From Candidatus Methanophagales archaeon (GTDB taxonomy: Archaea; Halobacteriota; Syntropharchaeia; Alkanophagales; Methanospirareceae), in assembly GCA_024699715.1 (NCBI GenBank), contig JANPRD010000012.1, positions 10,605 to 34,604 of the forward strand: a DNA stretch of 24,000 bases. The letters run 5' to 3'. The notes under the pieces are model-generated. The model was not told where the DNA came from. It was given only the letters and a program-made list of their open reading frames with translations, and did not search any database. Positions 1 through 9,554 of this stretch are shown here, piece after piece. The position numbers and the translations under genes are program-made. The stretch's first letter is position 1, and the number at the start of each line of letters is the position of its first letter.

Positions 1-1148
1 TAAGTTTCATTTGGCATCAGAATAACTGTTCTGTTGAATGAAATATTTTTCCAATCGCCTGCATATCCATCCCATTCAGCATAAGCACACCATGTTTCAT
101 TCCAAATAAGAGCATATTCGGTATGACCGCCTGTCCCTTCACACGCATAAGTGTATAATTTTGTCGCAATGATTGTTTTGTTAGGGATGATTTCACCGAT
201 GAAAGTGCCTGCTATTGAAGGATATGGCTTCTCAGGAGGCTCAAAGTCAAATTGACAGAGAATATCTAAAGGCTCATAAATCCAATCATAAGGACTGAAT
301 TCGTTATAGTAGTCTGAAATTTCAGCATATCCTTCTTTCAAAAGCATCTGATTCAAATTAACGAAGCATTCATTGCCGTAAGGTGCATAAACGACAGCAA
401 TTATACGACCATACTTTCCTGTTATGCAAAAATCGTCAATATCTAAATATACTTTCTTCCCTAAAGTCAAGTTCTCAACAAATTCCTTCGCTTCTTCATA
501 ACCTTCTTCCCATTTTTCAGGCGTATCTATGTCTGCGAGTCTTACCCTTCCTATGCCTGAAACATCTATCGTGTCGCCATCTATCACAGCAGATACAATC
601 CCACTTTCACCAAATTTCGTCGTGTTCAGATGCTCCTTCCAAACATAAGGATTTGGAGAAGGTGGCGGATAGCATGTTGGCGTCGGTGTCGGGCTTGGTG
701 TCGGGCTTGGTGTCGGGCTTGGTGTCGGGCAATTATTCTCTTTTCCTTCTGTTTCATAAGCGAATATCCAAGAATCATCGCATCTTTGCCATGTGTAAGC
801 ATCATTATCATCATCAGAAAGCAAAGGAGTTCTGTCAATTTCAAAACCATAAGGGTCTTTCAGCACAACGGATTCATCTTCATTATCAAGCCATTGCTTC
901 CCTCGCTTATAAACATAATATCCGTGAGATTTTATCACGCCAGAAAGATAAACAGTCACAGTTTTACCGTGTGTTGTTGATAAAGTCCATCCACTTAAAT
1001 CCATATCTTCGTCTGTTGGATTGTATAATTCAACCCATTCATAAACATCTGAATGCAAATCATTACCATATGGATTCAATTCAACCTCATTTATCACAAT
1101 ATTTCCACTTTTAGATGTTATGTTTGGCACACACACGCATATATACAT
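1..1148 (-). CDS. Partial secreted-type nuclease (C-terminus beyond left edge): lamin-tail domain (LTD), Pro/Thr/Ser linker, staphylococcal-nuclease (SNase/thermonuclease) domain, then an uncharacterised C-terminal domain
   Basis: Absent from the ORF track because it has no stop inside the window. My own minus-strand translation is open from 1148 to 1. It reads GNIVINEVELNPYGND..YEWVELYNPTDEDMDLSGWTL (LTD-like), a (PTPS)x4 linker, then VIDGDTIDVSGIGRVRLADIDTPE..GKKVYLDID..GKYGRIIAVVY..NLNQMLLKEGYAE (classic SNase pattern). The first in-frame ATG (1148) leaves no signal peptide. Confidence 0.8.
   Translation of the reverse strand, partial: MYICVCVPNITSKSGNIVINEVELNPYGNDLHSDVYEWVELYNPTDEDMDLSGWTLSTTHGKTVTVYLSGVIKSHGYYVYKRGKQWLDNEDESVVLKDPYGFEIDRTPLLSDDDNDAYTWQRCDDSWIFAYETEGKENNCPTPSPTPSPTPSPTPTPTCYPPPSPNPYVWKEHLNTTKFGESGIVSAVIDGDTIDVSGIGRVRLADIDTPEKWEEGYEEAKEFVENLTLGKKVYLDIDDFCITGKYGRIIAVVYAPYGNECFVNLNQMLLKEGYAEISDYYNEFSPYDWIYEPLDILCQFDFEPPEKPYPSIAGTFIGEIIPNKTIIATKLYTYACEGTGGHTEYALIWNETWCAYAEWDGYAGDWKNISFNRTVILMPNET
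685..730. repeat. 12-bp tandem repeat (ggtgtcgggctt, about 3.8 units) encoding the PTPS linker of the minus-strand nuclease gene
   Basis: Units seen directly at 685-696, 697-708 and 709-720, with a partial unit at 721-730. It is in frame with the flanking LTD and SNase domains. Confidence 0.9.
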
Positions 1149-1316
1149 ATCACGAATGCAACACACGCAATCAAAACATTCCTATTCATCCCCCATTCAC
1201 CTCATGGAGAGCGAGGACATAAGAGATGTCTAATTTCACATATAAAAATCTTTATGTTTTCTTTCCTGTTCATTTTTCACTATGCCTTTCATTAGCGTTT
1301 GCACATACAAATAGAC

Positions 1317-1949
1317 ATGTGCGGAGCGATTTACCGCTTCAAGCGTTTTGGTCGTGGCGAGGGGATTGTGAAGTTTTTTGTTGGCGGGCTTCACGGCGAG
1401 GAATGCGAGCAGACAAGACCCATTTTGGAGCGACTTGCTCGTGAGTGTGCAGCATCGCATCTCTCATTCTTTGGAGATGCTGTGATTCTGCCGTGTCTTG
1501 TGGAGAGAGGTCAGCATGTGAGCGTTTTGCGTGAGGAATACTACCGAATGGAAGCGGGAAGGCGTCTTCTCTCGCTCGTCCGTTTTTTGCATCCGAGATT
1601 CTACTTTGAAATTCATTCTTACGGCATGCACTCGCTTTCAAGGCTGACATCTGCGAAGCGTTTTGAAATTGAGGGTGTCCCTCCGTTTGTTGAGTTGGAG
1701 CGAGGCATCCTGATTGGCTCAATATCTCCCATTCTACGCAAAGAGTTCCGAAGGGATGCTTTCTGCCTCACCGTTGAGATTCCGAAATGGCGTGGCGTGA
1801 AAGAGCGTGTTTTGGCGATTTTGCGTGCATGTTTGGCGGCAGAAAGCAGAGATGCCCTGCTGAAAGCCCTGCGAAGAATGTATCCTGAGCAAATGCGTAA
1901 GGCTGAAGAACTCTTCCGAATGTTTTATACTGAGATTGAGCCGTTTTGA
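1317..1949 (+). CDS. Conserved hypothetical protein with a GGLHGEE motif; possibly an AstE/AspA- or M14-like zinc hydrolase fold, possibly archaeal DUF2119
   Basis: ORF 1299..1949 opens on TTG; the first ATG is at 1317. Amino-acid composition looks normal for a real protein. GGLHGEE resembles the GGxHGxE metal-binding motif of succinylglutamate desuccinylase/aspartoacylase-type enzymes. The family assignment is from memory only. Confidence 0.55.
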   Translation: MCGAIYRFKRFGRGEGIVKFFVGGLHGEECEQTRPILERLARECAASHLSFFGDAVILPCLVERGQHVSVLREEYYRMEAGRRLLSLVRFLHPRFYFEIHSYGMHSLSRLTSAKRFEIEGVPPFVELERGILIGSISPILRKEFRRDAFCLTVEIPKWRGVKERVLAILRACLAAESRDALLKALRRMYPEQMRKAEELFRMFYTEIEPF

Positions 1950-3001
1950 GAGCCATTTTGAATGCTCTTCTCCAAATTTTCCAAATCTTCAGGGCGGAAA
2001 ACGCCTTTTTCGGTGACGAAAGCGGAGACAAAGCGAAGGGGCGTGAAGTCAAACGCAGGATTCCTGACATCAACATTCAGAGGTGCAATCTGCTCTCTGC
2101 CTACAAAAATAAGTTCCTCTTTCCCTCTTTCCTCCACTTTCACATCCTTCTCGCTCCTACGAAGGTCAAAAGAAGAAAGAGGAGCAGCGACATAGAAAGG
2201 AATTGAATGCTCTTTTGCGATGACCGCATGCATGTAAGTGCCTATTTTGTTGAAAAAACCGTCTTTAACGACTCTATCCGCACCGACAAGAACGCAATCA
2301 ACGACACCATCTCGCATAAGTTTTGCGGATGCGCTGTCTGCGATGAGTGTTACAGGTATTCCATCCTTGAGAAGTTCCCAAGCGGTGAGCCTTGAGCCTT
2401 GGTTCAGCGGTCTCGTCTCGCATGCGAAGACATGAATGCGTTTCCCTTCCTTCAGCACAGCAGTGCGGATGATGCCGAGAGCAGTCCCCCAACCGACGCA
2501 TGCGAGCCTTCCTGCGTTGCAGTGCGTAAGCACAACATCTCCATCTTTGAGCAGCTTCGCACCGTTCTCGCCGATTTTCTTATTCACTTCTAAGTCCTCC
2601 GCAAGCATTTTCTTCGCTTCTTTCAACGCCTCCTCAAACATTTCTTCCGCAGTTCCGCCTCGCAACGCAGCAGAGAAAGCACGCTGAACGCCGTAAGAGA
2701 GATTTACCGCCGTCGGTCTCAAATTAGCAAGCTCAGCAACCGCCTTTTTCAACGCTTCCTGCGACTGCGAAGATGCTGCAATTTCCTTGCACGCAAGGAC
2801 AACGCCGAAAGCACCCGCTACCGCAAGAGCTGGCGCACCTCTCACTCGCATCTTAAGAATCGCTTCCTTCAACGCAGAAAGCGTCCTGCATTCAATCACC
2901 TTGAACTCACGAGGTAATAGCGTCTGGTCTATCATCTTAACGCATTCCGCCTCTTCATCCCACCAAATCGTCAGTTCTTCCTCGCACTGCTCCGTATTCA
3001 T
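1925..3001 (-). CDS. mtnA: Methylthioribose-1-phosphate isomerase / eIF-2B alpha-beta-delta family protein
   Basis: 358-aa ORF. The N-terminus WWDEE..VKMIDQTLLPREFKVIECRT..AILKMRVRGAPALAVAGAFG and C-terminus VLVGADRV..NKIGTY..A are typical of MtnA/aIF-2B-like isomerases. The 3' end overlaps the convergent gene by 25 nt. Confidence 0.85.
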   Translation of the reverse strand: MNTEQCEEELTIWWDEEAECVKMIDQTLLPREFKVIECRTLSALKEAILKMRVRGAPALAVAGAFGVVLACKEIAASSQSQEALKKAVAELANLRPTAVNLSYGVQRAFSAALRGGTAEEMFEEALKEAKKMLAEDLEVNKKIGENGAKLLKDGDVVLTHCNAGRLACVGWGTALGIIRTAVLKEGKRIHVFACETRPLNQGSRLTAWELLKDGIPVTLIADSASAKLMRDGVVDCVLVGADRVVKDGFFNKIGTYMHAVIAKEHSIPFYVAAPLSSFDLRRSEKDVKVEERGKEELIFVGREQIAPLNVDVRNPAFDFTPLRFVSAFVTEKGVFRPEDLENLEKSIQNGSQNGSISV

Positions 3002-3139
3002 TTTATAATGATGTGAATAAGAAGGAGAAAATAAAATAGGAGAGAAATCACAAATGCGAGGGAAAGATTGCGAGCAGACGAAAGCTTAAGCGTGGAAAGC
3101 ATCGTAATCAAATGAAGGGACAGGGGGGAGGGCGAAGAA

Positions 3140-6100
3140 ATGCAGATTGATGTTGATAAAGTTTTGGCGGGAATAAAGCAGGCTGCATTAACTGCAAGAA
3201 ATGAAGAAGAACTTCGGATAAGAGTATCAAGTATTATAGAGAATGAAGTTGTTTCAAAACTTGAAGATATTCCACTTGCGAAGTATGAATACACATTCAT
3301 TTCAGGCGGTAGAGCGGATGCTTTATATGGGCATCTCATTATAGAATACAAGGTTCCGGGCAAACTTTCAACAGAAAGAGATATTGCGAAGGCGAAAGAG
3401 CAGCTCATCGGATACATAAAAAAGGAGGCGGGATATGAAGGTAGGTTCAAGAAGTTCTTAGGTGTAATTATTTCAGATAAGATTGCTTTTGTCAGATATG
3501 ATGAGCATGCAAAAAATTGGGTTCTAAGAGGACCTTATGACATCAGCAGAGAGACTATAATCAGGTTAATAGAGGCTATAAGAGGTCTGAGGAGGAAAAA
3601 ACTTGCTGTTGATGAATTGCTTGAGGATTTCGGTCCCGAGAGCGGAGTTGCGAAGCGAGCAGTCAGAACTTTCTACATGAAAATTTTGAATTCAAGGAGC
3701 GAGAAGGTCAATGTGTTGTTTGAAGATTGGAAGCGTCTCTTCTCTCAGGTCTGCGCTTACAGTCCTGATAAACTCAAGGGGTTAGAAAAGGCGTATAATT
3801 TGGCAGATAAGGATGCGTTGCTTTTCGCAATTCACACGTATTATGCGTTGCTCATGAAGCTGCTTGCCGCAGAGATAACTTATCTCTTCGGAACGGGTAA
3901 GTGGCTGAAATCGTATGTTTTGGAGCTGGAAGATGCGCACATGCGAGGTTTAAGCGCATTAATGGAGGCATTAGAGGATTTGGAGAGTGGAGGGACATTC
4001 AGAAGAATACTCAATATCAAAAACTTCGTTGAGGGCGATTACTTCTCATGGTATCTTGATGAATTTGATGAAGATATTGCGGAAGTCATATCCGAAATTG
4101 CGAAGAAATTATCTGATTATGAGCCTGCAACGCCTGTTCTTGAGCCTGAATATGCGAAGGACATGCTCAAAAGGTTGTATCAACACTTAGTTCCGAGGAA
4201 GGTGAGGCATGATTTGGGCGAGTTTTACACGCCTGACTGGCTTGCTGAGCTTGTTTTGGATGAAGTGGGCTTCACAATTGAGCATTTTGAGGAGATTGCG
4301 AGGCAGAAAGAAGACCCAACCGCTCCTCTTCAGCTCAAACTACTTGACCCCGCATGCGGTTCAGGCACTTTTCTCGTTTCGGCGATTAAGAGATTGAAGG
4401 AGTATGCTGAAAAGCATTATTTGAAGGATGTTTTGGGCGATTATGTGCTCAAAAACATCGTTGGCTACGACCTGAACCCGCTTGCTGTGCTTGCGGCGAG
4501 AACGAATTACCTGCTCGCAATCCGCAGATGTGCTCAGTTACACAAGACATGTTGAGATTCCTGTTTACCTTGCGGATGCACTGCTCGTTGAGACGAACAC
4601 GACAATAACCGGAACCACATATGTCATCAGGACATCAGTCGGAAAGTTTGAGATACCGAAAGATGTCGTTGACAAAGGCACGCTCGGCGAACTGCTGTTC
4701 CACATTGAAGACAGAATTAAATACGATTACTCGCCACCACAATTCATTCAATATCTTAAAGAACGGGGTTTTAATGAGGATTTGCACTTGATTGAGAGCC
4801 TTTATGCCACCTTTTATGAACTTGAGAAGGCTAAAAAGAACAAAATATGGACTTCAATTATCAGAAATGCGTTCGCTCCGCTGCTGAAAGGTGAATTCGT
4901 ATATGTTATTGGGAATCCGCCGTGGATAAACTGGGAGAGTTTGCCTGAAGATTACAGGAAGAGGTCAAAGAGTTTGTGGGAACAATATGGACTGCTTAAG
5001 GGTAAAGGAAAGGGAATGGGAAGGGTCAAGAGGGAAATCGCAGCGCTTTTCGTCGCAAGGTCGCTTGACAAATATGTGAAGGAGGGCGGTAAATTGGCAT
5101 TCCTCGTCCCTTTCACGCTGTTTAAGACACAGGCAGGTGCGGGATTCAGGGAATTCATCGCTAAAGGTGCCAACGGGAAGAATAGAGGAGTCGCATGTAA
5201 AGTGCTTAAAATTCACGATTTGGTGACGCTTTACCCGTTTGAAGGTGCTGTTAACAGGACTGCGATGATTGTCGTTGCGAAAGAAAGAGAGGGAAAAACA
5301 GAATTTCCGATACCTTGCGTTGTCTGGTATAATCCGAGAAGTGGAGGAATAAGCACAGAACTGAAATTGAACGAGGTCAAGGCTATTACGAGAAGATTTG
5401 AAATTGCCTTTCTGCCTGTTGAGAGGGAGAAGTATGAAAGTCCATGGATGCAAATCACCGAAAAGGCTTACGAAGGCATTAAAAAAGTGCTGGGTGAAAG
5501 TGAATACAGGGCTTACGCAGGCGTTTACACAGGATTAAACCAAGTTTATTGGGTTGAGGTTTTGGAAGAAATGCCCGATGACTCGCTTTTAATCAGAAAT
5601 TCCGAGCTGGCAGGTCAGAAAAAGAAAGTGAAAACGGTTGAAGAAACTATTGAGAAGGAATTAGTTTACCCACTCGTGAGAGGAAGAAATGTGAAGAAAT
5701 GGTATGTTGAGAGAGATTTCAGATGGATTATTGTTCCGCACAACCCAGAAACGGGAAAACCTATTCCCGAAAACGAAATTAAATCAAAATATCCTAAAAC
5801 TTACAGTTATCTCTTTAAATTCAAGAAGGAATTGGAAGACCGCTCTATTCACAAGTTATGGGGTAAAGATAACCCTTTCTACGCCGTTTACGCCATCGGG
5901 AAATATTCCTTTTACCCTTACAGAGTTGTTTGGAAATACATTTCAGGGAAAATATCGGGAAAAGCTGATTTTTCAACAGCAGTAATTAAGCCGTTTAATG
6001 GGGACTCTGAAATGAAGACAGTTATTCCGAATGAGAAATTAATGTTAGTTCCTTTAAAGAGTGAGGATGAGGCTTATTATCTTTCTGCAGTTTTAAACTC

Positions 6101-6416
6101 ATCAGTGATTCGGTTATTCGTAGCATCTTATGTGATTGAGACAGAGATTTCAACGCATATACTCGGCAGGGTGAGAATTTCAAAATTTGACGCAAAAAAT
6201 GAAATTCACAGGGAGCTTGCAAGGCTTTCAAAGCGAGCGCATGAAATAGCGAGGGAAATTTACGAGGGGAATAGAGAAGACCTGAAAGCGGATTTGGCTG
6301 AAATAGAGGAGGAGATAGACGAGAAAGTTGCCGAGCTCTACGGAATCACGGGAGAGGAGTTGAGGGAAATAAAGAGATGCCTCAAGATTTTAGAGGAAGG
6401 TGTGGTAGAAGAGTAG
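3140..6416 (+). pseudogene. Type IIG restriction-modification enzyme (fused PD-(D/E)xK nuclease, gamma-class N6-adenine methyltransferase and target-recognition region), split by a +1 frameshift near 4523
   Basis: ORFs 3140..4555 and 4482..6416 overlap in different frames and join as ..ARTNYLLAI|ADVLSYTRHVEIPVYLADAL.. (about 1090 aa). Nuclease motif: D60..E69-x-K71 (RADALYGHLIIEYK, 3317-3352). SAM motif I: LLDPACGSGTF (about 4340-4372). Catalytic motif IV: NPPW (4914-4925). The region is AT-rich compared with its neighbours. Confidence 0.8.
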
Positions 6417-6547
6417 AAGAAAGGGGCGACAAAGGGGTGCGCTGGGAGAGATTCCAAAGAAGAGGTTTGAGTAGGCTTAAGTTAGTCGGATGTGCGGACA
6501 CGCACTAATCGGGAGAGAAAATTTATGTTTCAGCGTGTAAAATAAAT

Positions 6548-6826
6548 ATGCTTGACGAGTTAGAATCTTGGCTCCTCGTAGACGAAAATGCAATTTCAAA
6601 ACGCTTGGGGAAAAATGTGAGAGCAGTTCCGAATCCTGAAAGCATACACGACGCAAAGGAATATTTGGAGGAATTATTTGAAGAAGCGTGTGAGAAATAC
6701 TTGACGAAATTTGGAGGGGAGATTGCGAAGTATGTGGATGTGGAGAAATTGAAAGGTAAGTGTGCATCTTTTGCGGATTTTGAGGGGATGGTAAGGAATG
6801 GTAATGTCAGAAGAAGAGATGCATGA
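6548..6826 (+). pseudogene. 5'-truncated relic of a DUF4276/Toprim-like gene (C-terminal 88 residues only)
   Basis: The 92-aa ORF aligns with residues about 95-184 of ORF 18191..18745 (ELESWLL.DENAIS..NPESIHDAKEYLE..KCASFADFE.MVRNGNVRRRDA), about 78% identical by hand count. The N-terminal part carrying the acidic E and DxD motifs is missing. Confidence 0.7.
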
Positions 6827-7268
6827 GCAGCAGCAAGAGTGGGAGAAGAGCAGGAGGCGAGAGTCGCTGCTTGAGGAATTTTTGCGACCTTCGCATGTGT
6901 TTGCGGTAGTCGGTGCGACGCCGAAGCGAGAGAAATACGGCTACAAGATTTTCAAGAGCCTGAAGGAGGCGGGCTACAAGGTGTATGCGGTGAATCCGAA
7001 CCACGAGGAGATTGAGGGAGAGCGTTGCTACGCATCCTTGAGCGAGCTGCCTGAGAAGCCGGATGTCGTTGACATCGTTGTTCCTCCAGCGGTAACAGAG
7101 CAAATTGTGCGTGAGGCTCACCGCCTCGGCATCAAAAAAATATGGATGCAGCCCGGTGCGGAGAGCGAAGAAGCGATAAAATTCTGCGAAGAGCATGGAA
7201 TATCCGTCATTCACGGTCTCTGCGTCATGCTTGAATCCTTGCGTGCAGCGAGAAAGCGAGAGATATGA
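6798..7268 (+). CDS. CoA-binding domain protein (YccU/YneT-like, CoA_binding_2), copy 1
   Basis: 156 aa. HVFAVVGATPKREKYGYKIFKSLKEAGYKVYAVNPNHEEIEG..CY.SL.ELPEKPDVVDIVVPP is the typical pattern of this family. Confidence 0.85.
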   Translation: MVMSEEEMHEQQQEWEKSRRRESLLEEFLRPSHVFAVVGATPKREKYGYKIFKSLKEAGYKVYAVNPNHEEIEGERCYASLSELPEKPDVVDIVVPPAVTEQIVREAHRLGIKKIWMQPGAESEEAIKFCEEHGISVIHGLCVMLESLRAARKREI

Positions 7269-7292
7269 AAGGCAAAATTGCAACGAAAAGAA

Positions 7293-7565
7293 ATGCGAAA
7301 TGCAGTGGATGAGAAAGAAAAAATGGAAGCACGAGTGAAGAAGGACATCGCCCTTTTTGAGGAGAACTTTTCAAAGATTGAGCGGGTGAGAGCCCCTGAA
7401 GACGCAAAAACGATTGAACTTGCGAGGGCATACTGCGAAGATGCGAAGTTTTACCTTGAAAAAGGCGACTTATTCACCGCTTTCGGTTGCATTAACTACG
7501 CTCACGGTCTTTTAGACGCTGTGAGAATGCGTAAGGAATTCGCTGGTGAGAATAGAAGAGAGTAG
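7293..7565 (+). CDS. Small helical protein, DUF357-like, copy 1
   Basis: ORF 7278..7565 opens on TTG; the first ATG is at 7293. The motif AR.Y.EDAKFYLEKGDLFTAFGCINYAHGLLDA matches my recollection of archaeal DUF357 proteins. Confidence 0.6.
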   Translation: MRNAVDEKEKMEARVKKDIALFEENFSKIERVRAPEDAKTIELARAYCEDAKFYLEKGDLFTAFGCINYAHGLLDAVRMRKEFAGENRRE

Positions 7566-7588
7566 AGGAGCAGCGAGGAGATTAAAAG

Positions 7589-8597
7589 TTAAGAGCAGAG
7601 TGAGATGCCGAGAAGGAATCCGAGAATCGCCCCTGAGTTCAGGAACGGGAGACCTGCGTGGGGTTTTCCCCTGCCTGCGAAAGTGCAAAGGAGAGCGTAA
7701 CCCGCAAGCGTGCCTGCGACAGAACCGATGGCAGAAGCGAAGGATGCGTAGCGGTATGCGGAGACAGCGAGAATCGCAGGAATAATCGCATCGCCGAGAC
7801 CCATGAAAAATGCTTCTCCACCTCCTAACTCCTGCTGCTCCTTCCCGCTTTCCTGCCCCGCTTTCTCCGCTTTTTCCGCTCTTTCTGCTCTTCCTGCTCG
7901 CCCTTTTGCAGCAAGCAGAGAGAACTTGCGTCTGCGAGGCAAGACGAAAAGTAGGGGGACACGCATCTCCACAACGCTTGATGCGAGCGAGACCATGTGC
8001 TTCGTGCCGTAGACGGAGACAGCGTCGTAGACTGCGAGTATGACAAGTAGGACAATTACAGGTAGAACATTTCAGGGAGATGCCGAAAATTGATGCCACT
8101 CCAGAGGCAACAAGCAATCCAACAGCATCAATAATATACCACTCCGGACGAAAGTAGAGCAGAGCGGTGAGAGCAAGCGCTACAATCAAAGGAAATATTT
8201 GAAGCGATGGAACAAAAGCAACATGGAAAATATTGAGAATGATTGGGATAAGGGCGGAAAGCACCCAATATATTGTTGCAGCGACTGCAAATAGCATGAA
8301 AAGATGCACGAACTTCATGCCGCCGAATTTCAAAATCACGAGAATCGCAGCGGTGAAGCCGAGAACGAGGGCGAAGAAGAAGACTGCGTTAGATACGGAT
8401 TCTGGATTTTCAAACGCCTTCATTCCCGCAGTTTCAAACGGTGCTGCGAGAAGCAACGCAAATACATGCGTGAGAAGCAGGAGCAAGCCCATACCCGCAA
8501 ACGCAAAAACATTCCCACGAGATTCTTCCTCCATATCCTTACCTGAACTTTCCTCAAACGCTTGCATGCGCCTCACACGCCCTCTATTTTTGTCCAT
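7589..8597 (-). pseudogene. Presenilin/signal-peptide-peptidase homologue (A22 intramembrane aspartyl protease), copy 1, frameshifted upstream of the YD motif
   Basis: The N-terminal TM region in ORF 7512..8597 is sensible up to ..ASIFGISL and then turns into Arg/Cys-rich nonsense. The rest (..PVIVLLVILAVYDAVSVYGTKHMVSLASS..EAFFMGLGDAIIPAIL..GLPFLNSGAILGF) lies in the frame of ORF 7589..7996. Copy 2 reads GISLQVLPVIVLLVILAVYD without a break. Confidence 0.8.
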
Positions 8598-8639
8598 CGC
8601 CCGAAGGTGGTGCCCGCTCCCTCCGCCCGCTTCTACCGT

Positions 8640-9554
8640 TTAGATTTTGTTGAAGAAGTGTTTGAGGGTTTTTGCGAGTTCAACGCTGTCCGCCTCTGAA
8701 CGCATCAAAATCTTCGCCTTTAATATTTTGCAACTGCTACTGTGGCGGCATTCGTCCTGCTCGTCAATGACTAAAGCGTCAAGGAAATCCTCGTAGCACT
8801 TCAGAACGCCTTCCGCAGAGACTTCAAAGCCGCATGCTCGCATCAGTGCGGCAGCGGGACCGCTCACGGGTCTTCCACCAATAATTGGCGAGACAGCAAG
8901 CACTTTCTTCTCTTTCAAACGCTCTCTTACGCCTCTGAGGCTCAAAATCGGAGAAATGCTTGTTATCGGATTGCTCGGACCGATAAGCACGAAATCCTCC
9001 TCCTCAAGCAGCTCTTTAAATCTCTCAGAAGGCTGAACACGCTCAACGCCTTCAAATCTGACGCCTCGCACAGAAGGCTTTCCTCTCCGCAGGACCCAGA
9101 AATCCTGAAAGTGCATCTCTCCCTCATCCGTGAGGATTTTCGTTTTCACCGCAGCAGGCTCGTCTGTCATCGGAATGACCTCCGCAGAGATGCCGAAGCG
9201 AGAGGCGAGCATAGAAGTCGCTTCACTCAGCGTCAAACCCCTGCGAAGCATCTCAGAACGAAATATGTGCGTCGCCCTGTCCAAGTCTCCGATTTTCAAT
9301 TTCTCGTCGCATCCGAGCCTCAACAACGCCTCATGCGTTTTGAATGTGTCGTTTCGGATGCCCCACCATCTCTCCTCGTCAATCACGCCTGCGAGAGCGT
9401 AAATCACCGCATCTATGTCTGGGCAGACAAGATTTCCTGAAATCCAAACATCTTCAGCCGTATTTACAACAATCTTTAACTCGCTTTCGGGAAAAATCTT
9501 CTTCATTCCAACAAGCAATTTCGGCGTCCCCGTCCCTCCCGATAGAATTATCAT
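8640..9554 (-). CDS. cofD: 2-phospho-L-lactate transferase (F420 biosynthesis), copy 1
   Basis: 304 aa. MIILSGGTGTPKLL..VVNTAEDVW.SG..VCPD.D.V.YALAG is characteristic of CofD. The start overlaps the stop of the upstream GT4 gene by 4 nt (ATGA). Confidence 0.9.
   Translation of the reverse strand: MIILSGGTGTPKLLVGMKKIFPESELKIVVNTAEDVWISGNLVCPDIDAVIYALAGVIDEERWWGIRNDTFKTHEALLRLGCDEKLKIGDLDRATHIFRSEMLRRGLTLSEATSMLASRFGISAEVIPMTDEPAAVKTKILTDEGEMHFQDFWVLRRGKPSVRGVRFEGVERVQPSERFKELLEEEDFVLIGPSNPITSISPILSLRGVRERLKEKKVLAVSPIIGGRPVSGPAAALMRACGFEVSAEGVLKCYEDFLDALVIDEQDECRHSSSCKILKAKILMRSEADSVELAKTLKHFFNKI

Noticed and set aside
685-730. 12-bp tandem repeat as a possible CRISPR-like or regulatory array
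   Set aside because: There are no spacers, the units are contiguous, and the repeat is in frame as a PTPS inter-domain linker.
383-1114. Long plus-strand ORFs (383..1114, 630..980, 1053..1295) at the left end
   Set aside because: They are low-complexity and Cys/His/Leu-rich, with repeated LVSG translated from the 12-bp repeat. They are antisense shadows of the well-supported minus-strand LTD-SNase gene.
4515-4530. Programmed ribosomal frameshift or phase-variable repeat in the RM gene
   Set aside because: I could see no slippery heptamer, homopolymer or simple repeat at the junction. A mutation or consensus error is more parsimonious.
7512-8060. Arg/Cys/Ser-rich C-terminal halves of ORFs 7512..8597 and 19431..20528 as genuine protein sequence
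   Set aside because: These are out-of-frame readings. The conserved YD and/or GLGD transmembrane segments lie in the alternative frame.
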